This document shows, piece after piece, positions 1-7,165 of a DNA stretch of 32,427 nucleotides. Both the position numbers and the translations under genes were made by a program. The notes under the pieces were generated by a model. It did not search any database. It worked only from the letters and a program-made list of their open reading frames with translations, and was not told where the DNA came from. Source of the stretch: Candidatus Hydrogenedentota bacterium. Its GTDB lineage: Bacteria > Hydrogenedentota > Hydrogenedentia > Hydrogenedentales > SLHB01. The stretch's first letter is position 1, and the number at the start of each line of letters is the position of its first letter. Location of the stretch: positions 1 to 32,427 of the forward strand of contig JARKSN010000201.1 in assembly GCA_029974275.1 (NCBI GenBank), in the 5' to 3' direction.

Positions 1-1
1 C

Positions 2-307
2 ATCGAGGACGAGGACGGCCGCCCCATACGCAACGCAAAAATCCGCCTGCGCACCGTTGGCAGCCCGGCCAATGGCGTCCCGCCGCGCCTGACGCCGCTT
101 GGACCCGCCCAGCGACCTACCGAATTCGACTGCGCCACCGATCGCTACGGACGGTTTGCTTTTCCCGCGTTCAGCGCGGAAGACGAGATCACTCTCGCCG
201 TCGAGAAAAAAGGCTACCGCCCCGTCCAATCCACCCCAATCAGATTGACAGGCGATCGCCCCATCTTGGTCACGATGACCCGCGCGCCACAAACAGAACG
301 CCAGTAG
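2..307 (+). CDS. C-terminal part of a carboxypeptidase regulatory-like (beta-sandwich) domain protein, 5'-truncated by the window edge
   Basis: Manual translation of frame 2: IEDEDGRPIRNAKIRL...ATDRYGRFAFP...ITLAVEKKGYRP...*, stop TAG at 305-307. It matches the 'D..G.PI..A.V....TD..G.F.......L.V...GY' pattern of CarboxypepD_reg-like domains. Confidence 0.65.
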   Translation: MEDEDGRPIRNAKIRLRTVGSPANGVPPRLTPLGPAQRPTEFDCATDRYGRFAFPAFSAEDEITLAVEKKGYRPVQSTPIRLTGDRPILVTMTRAPQTERQ

Positions 308-486
308 CGCAGAGCATGGGAAAAAGTGAAGAAAACCGGAAATCAGCGAAGCGCACGGAAATGGCCGATGGTTTGCCATATCGATCTCGCTCGGGGTATA
401 ATTGGGGATGGTAGGCGGATTTTTCTTTACAAGAATGACGAAAATCGATCCGATATCGGAGTGTGCGGCAGTCTGTGCGCGGCGAA

Positions 487-514
487 TAAAGTTTCGTGCC
501 CGCCCAGCCGATAT
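487..514 (+). promoter_or_regulatory. sigma28 (FliA/SigD) promoter of flgM
   Basis: TAAA(GTTT) at 487-494 and GCCGATAT at 507-514, i.e. TAAA-N16-GCCGATAT, about 55 nt upstream of flgM. Confidence 0.85.
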
Positions 515-567
515 ATCGACCATGATGTAGAGGGCCGATGTTTCGGCTGCCCCAAAGGAGGGGAACT

Positions 568-864
568 ATGACAGGAATCAAAGGAATAGGCGGCGTACCC
601 GAACCAGCGCCTGACCGTTCGGCAAGCATCCGCGACCGAAAACGCGACGAAGCCAAAATCAGCGTCCCAAAAGACGGCGTCGCAATCAGCGCCAAGGCGC
701 AGGAAGCGGCAAACGTAGCCCGGCTCACGCAGATGGCCAAACAAGACGGAGGCGTCCGCGCCGAACGTGTCGCGGCGGCCAAGCAAAACCTGCAAGACGA
801 GACGTATAAACTTCCGGAAATCTTGACGGAGGTGGCGAAACAACTCAGCAGATACCTGCCGTAA
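568..864 (+). CDS. flgM: flagellar anti-sigma28 factor FlgM
   Basis: 98 aa from ATG 568 with RBS AAAGGAG at 554-560. Motifs 'DGVAISAKAQ' and 'VRAERVAAAKQNLQDETYKL...EVAKQL' are typical of FlgM, and a sigma28 promoter lies upstream. Confidence 0.88.
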   Translation: MTGIKGIGGVPEPAPDRSASIRDRKRDEAKISVPKDGVAISAKAQEAANVARLTQMAKQDGGVRAERVAAAKQNLQDETYKLPEILTEVAKQLSRYLP

Positions 865-885
865 CGAGAAAACGATCCTGCCTGT

Positions 886-920
886 GCGCGGCCGCGTGAG
901 CGGCCGCGTTTGCTTTGTTT
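886..920 (+). terminator. Rho-independent terminator after flgM
   Basis: CGCGGCCGC-GTGA-GCGGCCGCG (9-bp stem, GNRA loop) followed by TTTGCTTTGTTT. Confidence 0.8.
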
Positions 921-998
921 CGGCAAATCATATGCCGGAGCGCCATCAGCCCCTTGGCCTCCCTCGAATGCCACGGCGCGAAAGAGACCGCCTCGCGC

Positions 999-2294
999 TT
1001 ACCCTCCTTCGATCGCGTCGGCATCGTGGCCGCCCGCGCAACCGGGTACGGTCCGGGCAATGAGATCGAGGGTGCGCCCGATAGCCCCGCGGTTTGCCTC
1101 CATGGCCCGCCGCGCGAAATGCCCCATGGCGGTCAACTCCGCCGAATTCGCCAGCAACCGGCACAATGCGTCCGGCAATTCATTCGGACACGAAAGTTGC
1201 ACCGCTCCGCCCGCGTCCGTCAACACGCGCGCAGCGTCCCCAAAACTGCGCATATCCGGTCCCAAAATCACGGGGACGCCTTGCGCCGCCGGCTCGATGG
1301 GGTTGTGCCCCCCCACGCCCGAAAAGAAACTGCCGCCGATGACGGCCACGGCGGCCATCGCATAAAAGCGGGGCAATTCTCCCAGCGTGTCCAGCGCAAA
1401 CACGCGTGGCGCACGACTGGAATCCGTTTGGACCCCCTCGGACCTGCGCGAAAGCGGCTCCTGGAAAGGAGCCATCGCTTCGCCAAGCCGATCGAGATGC
1501 CGCGGCGCGATCACCAAGCGCACGTCAGGAAAACGATCCCGCAACACGTCCCAGCATCGTGCGGCGAGTTGCTCGTCGCCGGGGCGCGTGCTGCCAAACA
1601 ACACGATGCGCGCATCGGGGGGAAAGCCGCATTCGGTCTTCAAGGCGCGCACAGACGCCTCGTCCATCGCCGGCAGGTTGAGGTCGAACTTGATATTGCC
1701 CGTCACCGAGACGTTCTCTCGTCGGCCCCCAAGCGCGCACAAGCGATCGGCGCACGTCTCGTTTTGCATGCCCGCCGCCGCGATCCGCCCGACAGCGGCG
1801 CGCAAAAACCACGCGGCGCGCCGATACGATGGAAACGATTGGTCGCTAAGACGTCCGCTGACCAAGAGAACCGGAACGTCCCTGCAGGAAGTCATCGAGA
1901 TGATGTTGGGCCACAATTCCGTCTCGATCAGCAACAACGCACGGGGAGCGGCTCGATCGAGAAACCCGCGCACGCACCATGGATGATCGAAGGGGAACAG
2001 AGCCGCCCCGTCTACGTCGCGCACGGCGCGGGCCATCTCCCACCCTCCGATCGTAGATGTCGTGAGGAGGATCGGCACATCGGGCCAACGTTTCCGCGCG
2101 GCCGCCACGAGCGGTGTAGCGGCGTTGATCTCTCCGACGCTGCACGCATGAAACCAAAGAGGTGGGGGCGTGAGCCGGGGAACATGCGGCCGGAACCGTC
2201 CCAGCAGCCGACGATGACGCGATGAAGCCGCCAGCCACGCCGCGCCGAAAGGGGCCGCCCCCGTCCACAGCGCGTTGTAAAGCGTCATCCGCAT
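999..2294 (-). CDS. waaA: 3-deoxy-D-manno-octulosonic acid (Kdo) transferase
   Basis: Motifs WFHACSVGE, LFPFD, IETELWPN, TGNIKFD, GSTRPGDE, IAPRH, DTLGEL, GGHNPIEPA. Start is ATG 2294 or 2288. Confidence 0.95.
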   Translation of the reverse strand: MRMTLYNALWTGAAPFGAAWLAASSRHRRLLGRFRPHVPRLTPPPLWFHACSVGEINAATPLVAAARKRWPDVPILLTTSTIGGWEMARAVRDVDGAALFPFDHPWCVRGFLDRAAPRALLLIETELWPNIISMTSCRDVPVLLVSGRLSDQSFPSYRRAAWFLRAAVGRIAAAGMQNETCADRLCALGGRRENVSVTGNIKFDLNLPAMDEASVRALKTECGFPPDARIVLFGSTRPGDEQLAARCWDVLRDRFPDVRLVIAPRHLDRLGEAMAPFQEPLSRRSEGVQTDSSRAPRVFALDTLGELPRFYAMAAVAVIGGSFFSGVGGHNPIEPAAQGVPVILGPDMRSFGDAARVLTDAGGAVQLSCPNELPDALCRLLANSAELTAMGHFARRAMEANRGAIGRTLDLIARTVPGCAGGHDADAIEGG

Positions 2295-2316
2295 TCCGGC
2301 ATGCCCCGCGCACTCC

Positions 2317-2347
2317 AAGCAAAACGGCCCCCGGAACCCGGGGGCCG
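2317..2347 (-). terminator. Rho-independent terminator after the secretin gene
   Basis: 10-bp perfect stem CGGCCCCCGG/CCGGGGGCCG (2325-2347) followed on the minus strand by TTTTGCTT. Confidence 0.75.
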
Positions 2348-2369
2348 CCTGAAAACCGCCTCGAAATCC

Positions 2370-5300
2370 TCAGAGCTTCGACTCAAAGAATCTTGCTCCC
2401 GTCGGATCGATAATGTCCACCGTAACGAATATGAGCAAGCTGGACTGGCCCACCGACTTCGAATGCCCCCGGAAAAAATAACCCAGCACGGGGATATCGG
2501 CCAGATAGGGAAGCTTCTCCTGCCCTTTGGTCGTCGTATCCGACACCAAGCCGCCCAGCACAAGCGTATCGCCGTCATGCACGATGACGTTGGTCCACAC
2601 GGCCTGCGTCGCCGTGCGCGGATACACGATGTTCGCGGTTTGCTCGTTGCCGTTGATGACCGACTTCTGCGTGAACGAATCCTGACCGACCAGCGTGGTC
2701 ACCTGCGGGTTCAGCCACAAGCGCACCTGGTCGCCGCTCACGCGCGGCGTGACCGAGAAGGTGATGCCGAACATGAACGTCTGGAAGAAGAGTTGTTGCG
2801 CCGAACTCACCGTCGGCGTGCCGCCGAATCCCGCGTTGCTGGTCTGCAACGTGGAGACGACGTTTGTATTGTAGGTCTGGGTGGTGAAATTCGCGATGAC
2901 CGCAGGCTTGCCGCTCATCGTCGTGACGCGCGGAGAACTCAATAGCTCGGTGTCGGAAAGACTGTTGAGGTAGTCCATCACCACGCTCAACCGGTCTCCA
3001 TCGGCATTGTCCGTGATGATGCCCGACAGGCTGAACGTGCCCTTGGGTCCCGGATTGGCCACGGCGTTAAGAAGGCCCTGCGTGATCGTGTTGTTGATGA
3101 CATTCGATCCGTTTGGCTTGCTGTAGAATGGGATGTTTTCCGGAACGCCGTCGCCGTTGATGTCATAGGCGTAGCCGGGATCGGGCGTGAGACCGTTGCT
3201 CATCACCTGTCCCGTGCCCGTTCCTGTGCCCGTGCCTGCGCCCGCAATCGGCAGCCTGCGCGCCCGATTTCCCAAATCCGATTGCGACAGGTCCCATGTA
3301 AACCCGGTCTTCTCCAAGTCCGACACCTGCACCGTCAAGAACTTCGACTCGATGCTCACCTGCTGCGGCGTCACGTCGAGTTCTTTGAGCTGCTTTTTCA
3401 AGAGCTCGATGTTGGTGGGCGTATTGTGGATGATGAGCTGATTCGTCAACGGATTGTAGTCCATGTACGACAGCAAACGGCCCGAATAGGGCTCGATAAC
3501 ATCAGGTATAACGTTCCGGAGAATCTGCAAAATCCCCAGGGTGCCGCCGCCGCCCTGAAAAGTGCTGCCGCCCTGGTTGGCGCCGCCGCCGCCAAAATTG
3601 GAGCCGCCACCACCAAAATTGGAGCCGCCGCCGCCCTGGTAGGAGCCGCCTTGAATGCTTCCGCCGCCGCCCTGGTAGCCCGACCCGGCGCCGGTAAAGC
3701 CAGTGCCGCCTCCGGAAAGACCGATGACCGCCGGGGGCTCGCCCACGAACGGATCGCTCATGGTCGTGAACAACTGGCTGATGTTGCTGAAAGCCCCGGA
3801 ACTCGCACTTGTGCCGCCGCCCACATTGCCGCCGCCAAAATTGCCGCCGCCCACGTTGCCGCCGCCCACGCTGCTCGTGCCTTGCGGACCGCCGGTGTTT
3901 TGCACCACGATCTTGTACATTGTCTCGGAACCGGCATTTTTCAGTGTGAAATACCGCGTTTCCAGTTCTTCGAACGTCTCGGTGCGGATGCGTTCGGGCG
4001 TGCTAATCCAAATGAACGACGGCTGCTTCGAATAATCCAGATTGAGCGGGCGCAATAATGCGCGCAGAGCGTCTTTCAATGGAACATTGCTCAGACTGAT
4101 GTACGGCACGAGACCATCCGTAACAAAGGTTCCTCCCAGCCCCCCCCCCGGTTGTTGCTGGAGCTGTTGACCAAACGCGGGGCCGCCCTGGGCCGCTGCG
4201 GCTCCTTGAGCGCCGGGGAAAGGCGCGGCGCCGGGGAAGGGAGCGGCGCCCGGAGCGCCTTGGGCTCCCGGGAAGGGCGCGGCGCCGGGAACCGTGGGCG
4301 CGGCGCCGGGAACGCCCTGGGTCTGAACCGCTTGTTGCGGCGCCGCCTCGACCGGTGGCCTCACCACGCGTTTGTCGATGATGATGTTGATGTCCATGAA
4401 CTGACTGATGTGGTCGATGATGGTTTGGATGTGGGTCCCTTCCTTGAAATCGATGGAGATGGGCGATTTCAAGGCCTTATCGACGGGGGTTTCCGGCTTT
4501 TCTTCCGTCGCTTCTTCCTCGATCACCGGGACCGTCAAGCGATAGCGCTTGATGCCGCGCGAGTCCGCGCCCTCGGGCAGCGCCTTGGCGCGCTCGATGA
4601 ATTCGCGGGTCCGTTCGCGATCGATCTGCACTTCTTTTTCCGCGTCTGTTATGTTTTCCTGGGACACTCCGATGGTGGCGTCTTGAAGGCCGCGCAACGC
4701 GCGCTTGTTGTCCGGCGCGATCAAGAGCACCTGCTCGTAGAGTTCCGCCGCCTTCCGGTAGCGCTTGTTGTCCATGAACGTTTGCGCCTCGTCCATGAGC
4801 TTGCGCACGCTTTGTATCTTCAGTTCTTCGGCGCTCAGTCCCGGAACGCTTTGGGCCTCTCCCGCGCCCGGCGTCGCGCCCGGCGAAACCGTCTCGAAGG
4901 TCGCGACCGAAGAGGAACTCTCGCCGGCGGCGGCGATCTGCAGCTTCGCCTGGCACTTGTCGCGCATGGCCTTTGCCTGTTCATGCCCCGGCTCGAGTTG
5001 CATCGCGCGGTTGAACAGATTCAGGGCTTCGCGGAATTGGTTTTTGTTATAGAGTTCCACGCCTTGTCGAAACAACTGTTCCGCTTGGGAGATATTGGGC
5101 GCGGCGTCCGGGGCCATGGCTGGCGCGGGCTCGGCGGCGATGGGTTCCAGTTCGACCGTTTCGCCGGGGGGGGCCTCGGCGCCTTGCGCGGCGCCAGCGC
5201 TCAGCGCCAGCAGCATGACGACAGCGGCGCCATACAAGGCTATCCGTCTCATGCCCTGCGCGACGGCGGAAGATCGTGCGACGACGTCTCCTGTGGCCGG

Positions 5301-5402
5301 CGCATCCGACTCGTTCGAGGCGAGGCAACCGCGCTCAAGCAAGACGCGGCCTTGTGGAGTCGGCCTCGTGGCGGCAGACCACCGCGGCAACCGTGTAATC
5401 AT
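2370..5402 (-). CDS. secretin (PilQ/GspD-like) with N-terminal TPRs and Gly/Pro-rich insertions
   Basis: C-terminal secretin domain (TPQQVSIESKF, LLSSPRVTTMSGKPA, FGITFSVTPRV, VHDGDTLVLGGL, KLPYLADIPVLGYFF) and an N3 domain (TNQLIIHNTPTN). Two TPR-like segments are present. The signal peptide 'MRRIALYGAAVVMLLALSAGAAQG' starts at ATG 5252; ATG 5402 has the better RBS, so the start is uncertain. Confidence 0.9.
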   Translation of the reverse strand: MITRLPRWSAATRPTPQGRVLLERGCLASNESDAPATGDVVARSSAVAQGMRRIALYGAAVVMLLALSAGAAQGAEAPPGETVELEPIAAEPAPAMAPDAAPNISQAEQLFRQGVELYNKNQFREALNLFNRAMQLEPGHEQAKAMRDKCQAKLQIAAAGESSSSVATFETVSPGATPGAGEAQSVPGLSAEELKIQSVRKLMDEAQTFMDNKRYRKAAELYEQVLLIAPDNKRALRGLQDATIGVSQENITDAEKEVQIDRERTREFIERAKALPEGADSRGIKRYRLTVPVIEEEATEEKPETPVDKALKSPISIDFKEGTHIQTIIDHISQFMDINIIIDKRVVRPPVEAAPQQAVQTQGVPGAAPTVPGAAPFPGAQGAPGAAPFPGAAPFPGAQGAAAAQGGPAFGQQLQQQPGGGLGGTFVTDGLVPYISLSNVPLKDALRALLRPLNLDYSKQPSFIWISTPERIRTETFEELETRYFTLKNAGSETMYKIVVQNTGGPQGTSSVGGGNVGGGNFGGGNVGGGTSASSGAFSNISQLFTTMSDPFVGEPPAVIGLSGGGTGFTGAGSGYQGGGGSIQGGSYQGGGGSNFGGGGSNFGGGGANQGGSTFQGGGGTLGILQILRNVIPDVIEPYSGRLLSYMDYNPLTNQLIIHNTPTNIELLKKQLKELDVTPQQVSIESKFLTVQVSDLEKTGFTWDLSQSDLGNRARRLPIAGAGTGTGTGTGQVMSNGLTPDPGYAYDINGDGVPENIPFYSKPNGSNVINNTITQGLLNAVANPGPKGTFSLSGIITDNADGDRLSVVMDYLNSLSDTELLSSPRVTTMSGKPAVIANFTTQTYNTNVVSTLQTSNAGFGGTPTVSSAQQLFFQTFMFGITFSVTPRVSGDQVRLWLNPQVTTLVGQDSFTQKSVINGNEQTANIVYPRTATQAVWTNVIVHDGDTLVLGGLVSDTTTKGQEKLPYLADIPVLGYFFRGHSKSVGQSSLLIFVTVDIIDPTGARFFESKL
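3541..3870 (-). repeat. coding low-complexity Gly-rich repeats in the secretin
   Basis: Encodes GGGNVGGGNFGGGNVGGG (15-bp units, about 3813-3868) and GYQGGGGSIQGGSYQGGGGSNFGGGGSNFGGGGANQGGSTFQGGGG (about 3541-3700). Confidence 0.9.
4190..4320 (-). repeat. coding GAAPFP/GAQ repeats in the secretin
   Basis: Encodes VPGAAPTVPGAAPFPGAQGAPGAAPFPGAAPFPGAQGAAAAQG. Confidence 0.85.
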
Positions 5403-5528
5403 CCCCTCTGCTCCTTCCACATGTGTTGAAGTTGCACTATACCCTACTCCCGCATGCTACATCAAAAAACCTGACGTTCCCCTCGTCCCCAATGCCGCAT
5501 CCGCGCCCTCTCGGCGCGTGTATCGGAA

Positions 5529-6032
5529 TCACGGCAAACGCAAGGTGACGGTCCGGTCCAACGCGTTCGAAAACACCTCTATCAGTTTGTCCTCGGGATC
5601 GATCCGCATCACCTGGAAATTTTCGAATTGCTCCCCCTCGCCAACATATTGCAGCTTGTTCCCTTTGGTGATCACTTGGGCGCGATAGCCGCCGTCGCGC
5701 CATGGAACGATCTTGAGAAGCCGTATTCCCGGGTCTTCCTGTCGCTTGGTCGCGCCGGACTCGACTGCCCCGCTCGCCAAGGTGAAGGGATTGCCCCGCA
5801 CCAAAGCGGCCACCTCTTCTGGACGATCGCGCGGCACGGTCGTATCCGGAAGCGGCGGTTGTTCCGCTTCCGGCACGGTGGCGCTGGGAGGCCGGGGCGG
5901 GGCCGAAACCTGTATCTCGGCGGGATTCAGCACGATGTACACCCGGTACCCAAGGAACGCCACCATGATCGCAAGGACCATGCGTTCCTTGTTGTCCCAG
6001 AGCCACTGTCCCGCTTTTCGAACTTTATCCAC
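5529..6032 (-). CDS. membrane-anchored pilus assembly protein, PilP/GspC-like by position and architecture
   Basis: 167 aa with GTG start. It has an N-terminal TM, a Pro-rich linker, 'RGNPF' (cf. the PilP RDPF motif) and a C-terminal beta domain 'YVGEGEQFENFQVMRID'. It lies between the PilO-like gene and the secretin. Confidence 0.6.
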   Translation of the reverse strand: MDKVRKAGQWLWDNKERMVLAIMVAFLGYRVYIVLNPAEIQVSAPPRPPSATVPEAEQPPLPDTTVPRDRPEEVAALVRGNPFTLASGAVESGATKRQEDPGIRLLKIVPWRDGGYRAQVITKGNKLQYVGEGEQFENFQVMRIDPEDKLIEVFSNALDRTVTLRLP

Positions 6033-6138
6033 CGCGTGTCCTAGTGCCCCGCTGGAAGGGGCGTATCGCCGATCCTGTTTTCATGCTCCACATAAGGCCT
6101 CCCCGCCCTCTCGGCGCGAAAGGCATGCGGCTTTCGCG

Positions 6139-7053
6139 CTAGAAAGGAAGCCATATCTTCCACCAGGGTTTTTGCCGCGCCCGCATCATGGCCTCGATCT
6201 GCGCGGCCCTTGATTCGCCCATCTGCGCCTGGACCGCCGCCACCGCCGAACCGGCCGTGCTTTCCGATGCGGCCGTGATGGGCGTTGAGGGCGGCGCGGT
6301 GTATTGCGCCACCGTCACCAACATCTGCACGTTCAAGTACGGGTCGGGATACCGCAGGGTCGCGTTGGTGACTTGGAGCGCATCCACGTTGAAATAGCGA
6401 TCTCGGGTTTTCAACTCGTTGAGAAACTTGGTCAGCGTGGCCAAGTTGGTTGCGAACGACAAGCCAACCGTCTGCATCCGCAACAGATTTCCTTCCTGCC
6501 GGGGCGGCCAGATGACGACGTCGCGGATGGGGTTGATGCCGTATTGCATGAGCAGGCGCGTCACGTTGATGCCGAAGCTCAACTGCCGCAGCCAGGCATT
6601 CACGTCCTCCCGCGACGGGGCCTGCCCCCGCGTCTGGTCTGGGGTGGGTACGCCGAACGTTGTGGCGGGAATGCTGATCCGCGCGTTGTATGCGTCCACC
6701 TGGAGTTGCTGCATCATTTTGTAGAACTGCCCTTCATAGTGAAACTTGGGCATCGTTTCCTCGGGCACTTCCTGGAACTCGGTCAACTTGGCCATGTCAA
6801 AAAACACGGCGCGCTCGTTGACTGCGTCGGCCCACGGCTGTATGGCTCCGCGCCACGCCGCGATCAACGCCGGCGGACGAACGCCCTTGAAAGCCGTTTC
6901 CAATTGCTTCAACTTCGTTTCCAGCCGTCTTTTGGTCTCTTCGTCCCGCGCGTACTGCTGAAGCCTTACCTTGAAGTAAAATTGATAAACCCCTCCCACT
7001 GTCCCCAGGAGGAGCAAGGCCACGATCAGGGTTATGACGTGCTGCCTCTTCAT
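6139..7053 (-). CDS. PilO/GspM-like (Amuc_1100-like) inner-membrane pilus assembly protein
   Basis: 304 aa: N-terminal TM, coiled coil, then a ferredoxin-like C-terminal region 'VGLSFATNLATLTKFLNELKTRDRYFNVDALQV'. Directly downstream of pilMN. Confidence 0.65.
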   Translation of the reverse strand: MKRQHVITLIVALLLLGTVGGVYQFYFKVRLQQYARDEETKRRLETKLKQLETAFKGVRPPALIAAWRGAIQPWADAVNERAVFFDMAKLTEFQEVPEETMPKFHYEGQFYKMMQQLQVDAYNARISIPATTFGVPTPDQTRGQAPSREDVNAWLRQLSFGINVTRLLMQYGINPIRDVVIWPPRQEGNLLRMQTVGLSFATNLATLTKFLNELKTRDRYFNVDALQVTNATLRYPDPYLNVQMLVTVAQYTAPPSTPITAASESTAGSAVAAVQAQMGESRAAQIEAMMRARQKPWWKIWLPF

Positions 7054-7165
7054 CCGGCCTCATCGGGACGGACCGCCCCGCTTTTCCGCCGCGCCGCGCC
7101 GTCCGCCCATAATTTCAGGTTCGTCTGCATTCGCTTCTCTACGCTGTCACGCTATTCCAGCCGGT

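Noticed and set aside
3541..4320. Short periodic repeats as a CRISPR array or ncRNA repeat
   Set aside because: The repeats are in-frame codon repeats within the secretin, with synonymous variation, no unique spacers and no cas genes.
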